From NCBI RefSeq assembly GCF_001194135.2, contig NC_068985.1, positions 115,782,577 to 115,821,888 on the forward strand: a stretch of DNA of 39,312 nt, in the 5' to 3' direction. Under the pieces are notes generated by a model. The model was not told the DNA's origin and made no database searches. It was given only the letters and a program-made list of their open reading frames with translations. The stretch comes from Octopus bimaculoides. Taxonomy: Eukaryota. Numbering within the stretch: the stretch's first letter is position 1; each line of letters opens with the position of its first letter. Positions 12,490-23,840 of the stretch are shown in pieces. Made by a program: the position numbers and the translations under genes.

Positions 12490-13485
12490 CAACCTATTTT
12501 CAGACTCAAATTTTGACAGAATGTAACACAAACCCAAAATAAGATAACATTCGTTAGCAATCTCTTTCACACTCAAAATTTAACGGAATGTAACACAAAC
12601 GAAAATGTGGGTTGCTTTCGTTAGCAATCTATTTCTCACATTCAATATTTGACGGAATGTAACACAAACGAAACCGTGGGTGCATTTCGTTAGCCATCTA
12701 TTTCTCACATTCAATATCTGACGGAATGTAACACAAACGAAACCGTGGGTGCATTTCGTTAGCAATCTACTTCTCACATTCAATATTTGACGGAATGTAA
12801 CACAAACGAATCCGTGGGTGCATTTCGTTCGCAATCTATTTCACACATTCAATATTTGACGGAATGTAACACAAACGAATCCGTGGGTGCATTTCATTCG
12901 CAATCTATTTCTCACATTCAATATTTGACGGAATATAACACAAATGAATCCGTGGGTGCATTTCGTTCGCAATCTATTTCTCACATTCAGTATTTGACGG
13001 AATGTAACACAAACGAATCCGTGGGTGCATTTCATTTGCAATCTATTTCTCACATTCAATATCTGACGGAATGTAACACAAAGGAAACCGTGGGTGGATT
13101 TCGTTCGCAATCTATTTCTCACATTCAATATTTGACGGAATGTAACACAAACGAGACCGTGGGTCCATTTCGTTAGCAATCTATTTCAGATATTCAAAAT
13201 CTGACGGAATGTAATACAAACGAAACCGTGGGTGCTTTTCGTTAGCAATCTATTTCACATATTCAATATTTAACAGAATGTAACACAAACGAAACCGTGG
13301 GTGCATTTCGTTCGCAATCTATTTCTGACATTCAAAATCTGATGGAATGTAATACAAACGAATCTGTGGGTGCATTTCGTTAGCAATCTATTTCACATAT
13401 TCAATATTTAACGGAATGTAACACAAACGAAACCGTGGGTGCATTTCGTTCGCAACTTATTTCCCACATTCAAAATTTAACGGGA
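12490..13485. repeat. 69-bp minisatellite, about 14 copies
   Basis: Unit GACGGAATGTAACACAAACGAAACCGTGGGTGCATTTCGTTAGCAATCTATTTCTCACATTCAATATTT. Starts at 12515, 12582, then every 69 bp from 12651 to 13479. Confidence 0.97.
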
Positions 13486-13989
13486 ACATCGAACAAAACG
13501 AAAACAAGGAACCCAAGAGTGCTTCATTCGCTTTATTACAAACTGATATATAGGTGATACACGGAAATTCCATTCGTCCCGCTTCACCTAGCTATCTGAA
13601 ATGGGAGTAATGGAAACATCTGTGGATGTAGTTTTGTTAAAGCTTCATATGAACTGATGAAGATTTATCTTCTATTTGGATGAAATAGTAGAGCGTTGGA
13701 CCTTAAAGCTCAACTATATCCATCAAAGAACGAACTAATCATGCTAATAAATCTATGATTTTACATACAGTTTCACTTGGCACATTTCAAAATCTTCACC
13801 AACACATATATATTCTAAAGTCTGTTGTATTATTTGGCAATTCCTTGGAGCTGCCATGATAGTAATTCATATTGACTTTTATAGAGGAACACAAGATGAT
13901 GGAAATCAAATTATGCTGTCTGTTGTCCTTGTCGTTCTGGTTACTATTTCTACCCTTATGCATCATCTCATTCTTTACGCTAAACTTCT

Positions 13990-14575
13990 CCTTCGTCTTG
14001 ACTCTTAACCAGCCTTCTTCTTCTTCTTCTTCTTATTCTTCTTCTCCTCCTCCTCCTCCTTCTTCTTCTTCTTTTCTTCTTATTCTTCTTCTGCTTCTTC
14101 TTCTTTTTCTTCTTCTTCTTCTTCTTCTTCTTCTTCTTCTTCTTCTTCTTCTTCTTCTTCACCTCCTCCTCCGCCTCCTCCTCCACCAGCACCACTTTTT
14201 TCCTCATACTCATCCTTTTATGACTTCCTTTTCTCTTCATCCATTTTTCTTCCTACCTTCCTTCCTTTCTGTTTTCTTTTTCCTCTTCTTCATCATCCTT
14301 CGTTTACTTATTTTTCTCTTTTCCTTTCATCCCTTTTCTTTATTTCTTTCCGTCTTTCTTCTTTCTCTTCATTCTCGTCTTCTCCTCCTCCTTCCTCTTC
14401 TTTCTTCTTTCTTCTTTTTCTCCTCCTTCCATTTCATTATTCTCCTTCCCCTTCATCTTGCTTCATTTACCTCTTTTACTTCTTCCCTCCTCCCTCTTTT
14501 TCTCCTCTTTTTTCTCCAAACCACCTCCTACTTATTTCTCTTTATTTTCTCTTTTGTTCCCCCTTCATTCTGTGG
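13990..14575. repeat. Polypyrimidine (TTC/CCT) low-complexity tract
   Basis: Directly visible. Confidence 0.9.
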
Positions 14576-14999
14576 AGTAACCGAAGTAAGCACACTTCAT
14601 AAAATCAAGTAAGGCTGTGTATCATTGACAAAAAATATAGCTTCTGACATTTGAACGAAGCCAGTTCACATAGTTTCAGTTATACACTGAACAACGAAAA
14701 TAGAAATCAGTGCAATTGAAGTTTACATATTTAAGTATAATCTTGCAGGTCTATACTTAACGTATCTAATAACAGAAGCCTTTATCAACAATTACATACA
14801 CAACATAACGTAGGACCTTTTATACGATGCATGAATAAACTTCAAATATCAGCCAAATCTTCCCTGAAGCCGCATCATAATCCCTTAAAAGTAAAAGACA
14901 CGGAATGGAAACGCTGAGGAGGGATTCATATAAAGATTAACATGCTATCTATTCAAATATATTTGGGACATATTCGAACCCATAAGAAGACCATTGACT

Positions 15000-15054
<55 letters not shown>

Positions 15055-15515
15055 NNNNNNNNNNNNNNNNNNNNNNNNNNNNNNNNNNNNNNNNNNNNNN
15101 NNNNNNNNNNNNNNNNNNNNNNNNNNNNNNNNNNNNNNNNNNNNNNNNNNNNNNNNNNNNNNNNNNNNNNNNNNNNNNNNNNNNNNNNNNNNNNNNNNNN
15201 NNNNNNNNNNNNNNNNNNNNNNNNNNNNNNNNNNNNNNNNNNNNNNNNNNNNNNNNNNNNNNNNNNNNNNNNNNNNNNNNNNNNNNNNNNNNNNNNNNNN
15301 NNNNNNNNNNNNNNNNNNNNNNNNNNNNNNNNNNNNNNNNNNNNNNNNNNNNNNNNNNNNNNNNNNNNNNNNNNNNNNNNNNNNNNNNNNNNNNNNNNNN
15401 NNNNNNNNNNNNNNNNNNNNNNNNNNNNNNNNNNNNNNNNNNNNNNNNNNNNNNNNNNNNNNNNNNNNNNNNNNNNNNNNNNNNNNNNNNNNNNNNNNNT
15501 ATATAAACAAATGTA

Positions 15516-15564
15516 GGCTAGCGAGCTGGCATAATCGTTAGAACGCTGCGGATAATTTGTCTTT
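15516..15564 (+). mobile_element. SINE B 5' head, interrupted by LINE copy 1
   Basis: GGCTAGCGAGCTGGCATAATCGTTAGAACGC, then TGCGGATAATTTGTCTTT, which resembles TAGCGGTATTTTGTCTGT after a deletion of about 13 nt. Confidence 0.75.
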
Positions 15565-17408
15565 GCTAGAATTTGGTTAGTTATAGTTTTTGTTGCCATT
15601 TACTGTTAAATTTTGAACTTTTCTTTTTGTTCTACGTTCTGTTTTAACAGAAGTAGTGCACTTGAAACCCAGATTCTACGAATGTGGCGAAAAAGGTCAC
15701 GTTTGGGTAAACTGCCCCACCCGCAAGGAGAAAGAAGAAGGGAGAAAAAAACAAAAGAAGAAACAACAAAACCAAAAGACCGACCAGCAGAACCCAGGCA
15801 CTGATGATGTTCAACAAGCTGGGGGAAAAAGACGGTTGGTCGGTAGCAAGATCCCCAAAAAGGGAAGAATAATAATGACAACCAACCCAACCCTACAACA
15901 ACCAAAGGAACAACTCAGGGCAGTCAAAGAAAAATTACCCCACCCCCACCACTAATGCCCTCAAAGTCAACAATATCAGATTCTTCCCCATACTATTCCC
16001 CCTGGCGATGAGTATCCCCCTTGCCCCTCTAGTTCAAATTTTCCCCCTCTCTCATACATCACCTCTCACCCGCCAAGCCCAGGCAATCTGTCCCGATATC
16101 AAGTCCAAGAAAATCTAACGAATATAAGGAAATACTGACTGTAATAAACAATGATGACGAACAATTAAAAAAGTGGTTAAAGCAAATACCATCGTTCAGC
16201 TACAGCGATCGCAAGATGGTCAACTGTAATTTCGACATAGATAAGTCATATAGAGGTCCCGGCTACTGGAAACTTAATACGTCCCTTTTGGGGATTAAGG
16301 AATACAAATATCGGATTAAGATGTTAATTCAGAGGGCGTTAACCGGATTCATTATCAACAACAAATGGTGGTATGCCCTCAAGAGAGCAATTAAATATAA
16401 GCCTATTAGATATAGCATAGGTTTAGTGGCTAGAGAGGATAGAAGGGAATCAGCTCTAGTTAAGGACAATGCGAACTGGCTCTGCGGCTCAGGTGAAGGC
16501 CAAGAGACTGGTGTTAAACCAGCACTCGAAGCCAAGCACATCGGTGTCATTGTCTGGGCTAGAAAACGTGCAATGGATTGCGAAGGAATCAATGCTGCGG
16601 GATGGGCCCGAGTGGTGGAAGCCCAACATGGCAATGATGCCACAATTCGATCTTTGACGAACTAGCAAGATAACTTGATAGACGAACCCGAGGAGATCTG
16701 TGAGGTCTTTCAGGACCACTTCGCTCAGCTTTTCGGAGGGAATAAACTCTCAAGGCACGGTGACCGAGACACTCTGATCTCTCCAAGATGCGGGCAGGAC
16801 AAGGAAACCGTCCCGCACGCTATTGTTCAGTAGCCGGAAGTGTCTGACGTGTGGGTTTATGCCGAACAACTGAGGTCAGGTGGAGGGAGAATACAGCTGT
16901 CGACTAAATCTATGGTGAAAATTAACCCACCGGATTTCTTAACAAAAGAAGGTAAGAATTGTTTTCTTTCTGTAGTAGCAACTCCGAGCGGGATTATATG
17001 GAGGATAAGAATGAAAGGAATAAGGTCAAGCACCTTCATTTATGGCCCTAATCTGTTGAATTTTTTCATCTTCCACCTAAAAAGATAAATAGGGCTGGAG
17101 AGGAGATGTTTGACGGAAGACATGTTTGGGAAAACATGGAAGAATGTCGTACGAATGTTGGGCATGAAATGCTCGCGTGAATGCGATATAGTTTAAAAAC
17201 CCAGGTCAGTGGTAAGGCGGGGTTCGTGGGGTCCGTTATAATCCCGCCTCCACTCCATCTGTTGTTTCTTATCGTGTCCTATCATAATCCGTATTATATA
17301 TGTTTTTAAAATTGTTTAAAGGACTCCAATCGCATTTCTTGTAAAATCGTTCGATTTCATTGCGCTGTCCCTTCTATGTATGTCCTTATGGATAACAAAA
17401 AAATTAAG
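15547..17408 (+). mobile_element. L1/Tx1-like LINE copy 1, internally deleted, with target-site duplication
   Basis: ORF1 zinc knuckle remnant (RFYECGEKGHVWVNCP, about 15671-15720). End of APE domain and linker (SYSDRKMV...YRGPGYWKLNTSLL, about 16198-16290). RT absent. C-terminal CCHC remnant (SPRCGQDKETVPHAIVQ*, about 16786-16833). 3'UTR ends in an A-rich tail. AATCGTTAGAACGC at both 15533-15546 and 17409-17422. Confidence 0.9.
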
Positions 17409-17453
17409 AATCGTTAGAACGCCGGGCGAAATGCTTAGCGGTATTTTGTCTGT
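17409..17453 (+). mobile_element. SINE B head segment between LINE copies 1 and 2
   Basis: AATCGTTAGAACGCCGGGCGAAATGCTTAGCGGTATTTTGTCTGT matches the SINE B head (compare reverse complement of 22935-22979). Confidence 0.85.
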
Positions 17454-19270
17454 GTGAGTTTGGATTTATTGGAAATTATTATTGGAGTCCAAGTAAGTGC
17501 AAGCGTCTATTAACTGTTTTTGTGTTATTTTCTATTATAATTATTGTTCCTGTTTCCTGTTATAATTACTTGTGCGATAGTCTTCGTTCGAAAACTATCG
17601 TATGTTTTCCCTTGTGGGGGAAACATTAATTTCTAGCAAGATGCCGTAAAGTGTAACTTCGTCTGGCGAAGAATGGTCAACCAATGGGGAGGCAAAAAAG
17701 ACTGAAAGCTTAATATTTGGCGACATTTCGGATTCTTCTTAAAGTGAATTTCCCCAACCATTAATGTGTACTATTGCAAAGAGGAATATTGACGTGAAAA
17801 GCCTTCAAACAGAAGAAAATAAACAAAAAAGTTTTGCGTTGGCGGCTGGAGGTGGAACCCGCCAGCTGTCGATAAACAAAAATGACCTGATAAAGTACAA
17901 AGATATGATAACAATTGAAGGCGGTATTGTGAAAATTCAACCTCCGGAAGAACTATTAATGTTAGAAAAAAGAAAAACAATTATTTTGAAATCTTACTGT
18001 CTAAAAGGAAAAAGAATTGATCGAGTGAGCGAGAGAAAATTGAGAAGTGCTTGAAACCCATCTGGCAGGATATCTCATACCTAGCCAGAGGGAAGAAGTT
18101 TGGTACTATCGCAGTACAACTAACAGATATAGAAACTGCACAAATGCACTCAGTTTAGAAACGGAGGAGGTTGTTTTAATTCCAATATATATGGGTATAA
18201 GGACGTCAAAGATACGTATACCAAGGATCCCACCGCAAGTCGACCCTATGTAGTTGATGGTGGCAGTCCTTGGCAAAAAGGAAGATAATATTACACTCCT
18301 TCAGGCTACCGTCGCAGAAAAGGCTTATTGGACCGGTCAAACGGTTCACCTCCTAATACAAACAGAACAGTCAATTTTAGAATAGTTACCAGAGAATATA
18401 AAAATTTGGGAGGAATCCCTTAACGTATTCGTCGAGGGGCATAAGCCCCGATGCTCCCAGTGTGACCAGCTGGACCATATAAAAGCACATTGTAGAGACG
18501 GCGAGGAAGAATCCGATGGTGATGAGGAGGAGGAGAGAGAGAGAGAAACAGAAGAAAAGAAAGCAACTAACAACAAGAGAAAAATGGAAAGCTCAAATCA
18601 ACAAAAACAGGTCGAACTAAGACCCCCACCCCCACAAAAAAAACTGCGAAAAGAGACAAACCAAAAATAGTAAGGAAGGCAGTAGAAGACAGAGGGATAG
18701 TCGCATTATACAGAAGAAATGGAGATTTAATGAGAGAAATAAAAGCGAAAAAATCAGCCACTAGCATTGCAGAGCTTTCTGATAAATATAAGAACTACGA
18801 GTTCTACGAAATGGACAAAAAGACTCATAATGTATTACATAACCCGTAGAGAATGTCGGTGTCGATGATGATATTGAATTTTAATCAATCCATTTTTCAA
18901 GACTTGCCAACTCCGACCCTATGTCAGGAAAAGGTGGAGAGTCATTCTCCACATGACACCCAGAATTAAATATGTAAGTATTGTCTATTCACATTGGTTG
19001 TGTAAAGGTTCGTGGCCTGATGTCTAACTGGAAGCAAGGGCGCTTCCTAAATGACATCAGGTCAAGAAAATTGGATGTGATTGCTGCAACGGAAACCCGG
19101 GTGAAGGGGCCAAGAGATTTGCTCCCCCTCCTGAACAGCTATGAGAAATACGTTTTCCAATTCGGGTGGGAGGTGGGGTGAGATGTTGGTCCTACTAAAA
19201 AGAAACCGAGGGAGAATTCACAAAAGGACAAAAGACGAAGATAGGTTGCGTAGAAAACAAACAGATGTAT
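17454..19270 (+). mobile_element. L1/Tx1-like LINE copy 2: 5'UTR, disrupted ORF1 and start of ORF2; runs into a gap
   Basis: ORF1 pieces with stops and frameshifts from about 17670-18850, including CCHC knuckle CSQCDQLDHIKAHC (about 18454-18495). ORF2 APE N-terminus at 18981-19181 (IGCVKVRGL...LDVIAATET). Confidence 0.85.
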
Positions 19271-19522
19271 NNNNNNNNNNNNNNNNNNNNNNNNNNNNNN
19301 NNNNNNNNNNNNNNNNNNNNNNNNNNNNNNNNNNNNNNNNNNNNNNNNNNNNNNNNNNNNNNNNNNNNNNNNNNNNNNNNNNNNNNNNNNNNNNNNNNNN
19401 NNNNNNNNNNNNNNNNNNNNNNNNNNNNNNNNNNNNNNNNNNNNNNNNNNNNNNNNNNNNNNNNNNNNNNNNNNNNNNNNNNNNNNNNNNNNNNNNNNNN
19501 NNNNNNNNNNNNNNNNNNNNNN

Positions 19523-19560
<38 letters not shown>

Positions 19561-19915
19561 ATGTATGTATTTTTATGTACTTGCCTGCGTGCGTATACCT
19601 GCGCATCTGTTATTCTGTTTATGTTTGTAAATTGTATATTTTAAAATTATAACTCTCAAAATATAAAATTTCTATCAACTTTACCACTCATGATTCTTGT
19701 CGTAAATTTCGGCGAGAGACCAATAATTATATCTTTTTAATAATTCTTACTTTCAGACAATACCGTCTAAGGAGAAAATATGGAAGCATTTTTTCATATG
19801 AACTTCACACTTTCTTTCAATCTCAGCGAAACTTTAAGAATAAAGCACAACAGCTGCAAACTGTATGAAATATAAAATATACACATGAACTATGATAGAA
19901 GAAAGTAAAGAGAAA

Positions 19916-19972
<57 letters not shown>

Positions 19973-20857
19973 GATATATAATATAGATAGATAGATATAT
20001 TTTTTATATATAGATATACATATGTTTATATACATACTTACATGCACTCACGTTTACACAAACACATACACTCATACACACGTACATGAATATATTCATG
20101 TTTGTGTCAGTCTACACTTGATATAGTTTTCTTAAACATATGCAAACATTTAAATGAAGACAATTAATTTGATCTTTGGAGATGTTACTGTTGATCATTG
20201 CTATTATATTAATATTATTATCATTATTCCATCTGACGGATGCAGTCTTGTAATTTTCAGTGATTGATCTGAACTTTCGAAATGCTTTAATCATTAAAAG
20301 CACATTGTTTTTGCCAATAATGTTTATTCATTGTTTATTTTGGTGTAAGAAAAAGAAACAAACAATAAAGAAATGAATACAACCTCACTCACAGAAGACA
20401 AAGGTAAACCAAACAAAAAAANNNNNNNNNNNNNNNNNNNNNNNNNNNNNNNNNNNNNNNNNNNNNNNNNNNNNNNNNNNNNNNNNNNNNNNNNNNNNNN
20501 NNNNNNNNNNNNNNNNNNNNNNNNNNNNNNNNNNNNNNNNNNNNNNNNNNNNNNNNNNNNNNNNNNNNNNNNNNNNNNNNNNNNNNNNNNNNNNNNNNNN
20601 NNNNNNNNNNNNNNNNNNNNNNNNNNNNNNNNNNNNNNNNNNNNNATACATACACGGAAATGTTTATACATGTACATATATGTATTTGTGTGTGTATCAC
20701 AATTCATTAAATATTCGATGTTGTTCAACCACGACCCCTTATATTCTGTGTTCAAATTCTAACGGTAAACGTTGTGTAGAATCGAGAAAGTTATAGTAAA
20801 CATTACTACTTGTAGAATCTTCACCGCCTGCTTTGTGTTTCTCCAAGCTTCTACAAA

Positions 20858-20911
<54 letters not shown>

Positions 20912-21499
20912 GTGTGTGTATTGTTATCCCAAACCTAAAAACTTATAATGAAAGCCGTTTTCCGTTAATACCAACTTACCTATATATATTTTACGAACAT
21001 CATTATCCACTATAACTGTTATTTAAGGTGGTTGAATGTGATGGGAGAGATATTTGTTCTTGTTATCTCCTGCCTGTCGGGAGACAATGTAGACGTCTTT
21101 CTACTGAACATCAAGACCAACTGAGATATATTGACATCCATCTTACAACTGTCAGGCAATAATACAGTATCTCTCTCCCCCTCTCCCTCTCTCTTTCAAT
21201 CTCTTACATTACTGCAGAGAATTGGATGGTATAAGATGTGATATGACCCATTAGTTACTTAAAGTGAGTGTGGCTAGTGACTGGAGGAAGAGTTTAAACT
21301 ATATTTCTAGATAGTCCTACATTACAATTGTGCTAAAACGGTTTGGGCATTAGTTTTTAAATAAAACAATTTGCTGGGTGTGACTAAATCTTTTAGTTAT
21401 TCCTCTTGTGACCATAAAATAAGAAACTAGTAAGCCATATGATTGATTTATTTATTCGACTTTGCTTTCTCTTGTAAAACGTGTGAAACGGTGTCAAAT

Positions 21500-21690
21500 G
21501 TACCAATTGTTAAAAGGAGGAAAATGAAGAGCTTTGGTCATGTAAAACGACACGATAGTACGATAATGCTAACAAATATGGTAGTACACAGGAAATCACT
21601 CAAGAAAAGAGTAATACTAAAAATAACAAAGGGCGAGGTTGAAGGATCTGAAGGAATGACCAGGGGAAAGTTAATGAAAAACATAAGGTT
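21500..21690 (+). mobile_element. RTE-like LINE ORF2 C-terminal remnant
   Basis: IVKRRKMKSFGHVKRHDS...ILKITKGEVEG...RGK resembles the RTE motif KRRKL.WFGHV.R.D....IL.G.VEG.R.RG. Confidence 0.55.
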
Positions 21691-21867
21691 GGTTGATGAC
21701 CGGAAAAGTTCGGGGTTGGATGTCTTGTCATTTATTGTGCACCTACGGTCTCTCTAGACTGTGGATTTTGATTGATGGGTTTAGTGAGAAATGAATAATA
21801 TTATTCGCCAGTTGGTTAAGCGTTCATGATAGTATTACTAATTCAATGTTCGATGCAGTTCCATGAG

Positions 21868-21932
21868 CTTTCAGTTCAAATACCGCCGAGGTCAACATGG
21901 CCATTCATCATTTCGGGGTCGATAATTTAAGA
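21868..21932 (+). mobile_element. SINE B internal fragment
   Basis: TTTCAGTTCAAATACCGCCGAGGTCAAC...TTCGGGGTCGATAATTTAAG. Confidence 0.65.
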
Positions 21933-22362
21933 AATAATCTGAGGTAGTGGATTGATGAAATTGTTAGGGCATTGAACGAGAGGACGTTCGGTATTAGTTC
22001 TAAATATTTATATTCTGAGTTCAAATTGACCTTAGGTGCTGATGTACAGAAATAATCTCCATACCTAATCCGAAATTGTCTTGAGTGGACAGATAAGCTT
22101 ACCTCCAACAGACAGAGACATCGGTAACAAAATAGTCATCCGCCATCCAGCAGTGGACTGATACGTGTTAGATGATTAAAAATTAACATTGTCTCAATTC
22201 CGTTACCTTGAGACAGTGTTAGAAACTAATTTTCAACGTTCATATGGTGCGGTAGCGTCGAAAGAATGTCTGTCAAAATTTATCTCTGTATCCTATGTTC
22301 TGTGTTTAAATTCTGCTAGGATAACTTTTAACATTTTACCCTCCGATATTATTAGACTATAT

Positions 22363-22998
22363 GTAATATTGCTTTCAAATGTTGGTACAAGGCCAGTAAT
22401 TTCAAGGATGGAGTTAAGACGCGTACAGAAACCACAGTGTTTAATTGGTACTTGTTTTATAGAACCCGAAAGGATGTAAGGCAAAGTCGACCCCGGCCGC
22501 ATTCGAACACAACACGTGAAGTCGGGAAATATGCCGCTAAAACTTTTTTTCGACGCGGTAACACTTCTTTTCTACTCTAGGCACAAGGTCCCGAAATTTT
22601 GTGGGAGGAGTCCAGTCGTTTAGATCGACCCCAGTATGCAACTGGTACTTAATTTATCGACCCCGAAAGGATGAAAGGTATAGTCGACCTCGGCAGTATT
22701 TGAACTCAGAACACAAAGGTGGACGAATTACCGCTAAGCATTTCCCCCGGCGTGCTAACGTTCCTTATTTCTTTATTGCCCACAAGGGGATAAACATAGA
22801 GGGGACAAAGAAGGACAGACAAAGGGATTAAGTCGATTATATCGACCCCAGTGCGTAACTGATACTTGATTTATCGACCCCGAAAGAATGAAAGGCAAAG
22901 TCGACCTCGGCGGAATTTGAACTCAGAACGCAACGGCAGACGAAATACCACTAAGCATTTCGCCCGGCGTGCTAACGTTTCTGCCATCTCGCCGCCTT
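22363..22998 (-). mobile_element. Head-to-tail array of three SINE B bodies with three different tails and one complete head
   Basis: Minus orientation: head 22998-22980; body with tail iv 22979-22763; body with tail i 22762-22565; degenerate body with tail ii 22564-22363. Confidence 0.85.
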
Positions 22999-23349
22999 AT
23001 GCAATGTAAAATATTGTAAACTTGGAAGCCGTTTTGAGCCTTACTGTTTAACATTCGTTTCGATTTCATGGAGATAATCGCAGGGGAGATTATTATTTCT
23101 TATGAATAATAATGTTCTTTATATATTTATAAATAATTCACTTAGTTCGTTTTCTCAATGCATCTGGGGCCATCAAACGAACACAAGTATTGTGAAGTGA
23201 ATTATCAGTGGTGTTACGTGTAGATCTGTTTGAAGTAAATCAACTGCTTTTTGGCGCTAAATTCCAAAACATGATACAAGATTAACTGCCATACCTTTCG
23301 CAATTTTGCAGAGGTAAGATGCAATTCTTATTCACTTAGTAAAAATATA

Positions 23350-23840
23350 CCGTTCCACGACGTTGTTGGGCGGCTTCGACCTGCCTCTCCAGGTGCCGAA
23401 TTGCAGGCTGACCTACTTTTCACTGTTAATTTTTACTCCCGTTACCGCTTCGTATTCCCTTATGGCACCATATATAAGATAAAGGTGTTTGTCACAGGAT
23501 ATGATGACGGTGATGTCATCCGCATACGCGGATGCCTTTCAATGCTTCCATTTTCTGCAGTAATGGCTCAAGGCTAGAACGTACAGGAGGGAGGATAGAG
23601 GGCATTCTTGACAGGCCGTGCCTACACTGCAGAACGGCTCAGATAAATGACCGTTTACTCGAAGTACTAACCGAATGTTGCTGTGTAAAGCAGTAATCCA
23701 ACCGCAGAAGTTTGGGCCAAACCCACCCGCCTCGACAACTGCTACCAGATAGCGATGGTGCACCCTATCGAAAGCTTTTAATTGATCTGAATGGATCAGT
23801 GCCCTTCCCATGCCAGGATTATTTACCATCCTGTCTATGG
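23350..23840 (-). pseudogene. L1/Tx1-like reverse transcriptase fragment
   Basis: DQLKAFDRV, QECPLS.LLYVLAL, and YADD at 23526-23515 (ASAYADDITVI...GVKINSEK*), with a frameshift and a stop. Confidence 0.9.

Noticed and set aside
12490-13485. CRISPR array, or a real repeat protein in the 69-bp array
   Set aside because: No unique spacers, eukaryotic context, no cas genes. Open frames on both strands follow from a unit length divisible by three.
13551-13591. Helitron 3' end (TAGGTGA/TCACCTA inverted repeat ending CTAG) after the minisatellite
   Set aside because: The loop is too long, CTAG overlaps the stem, and it is followed by C rather than T.
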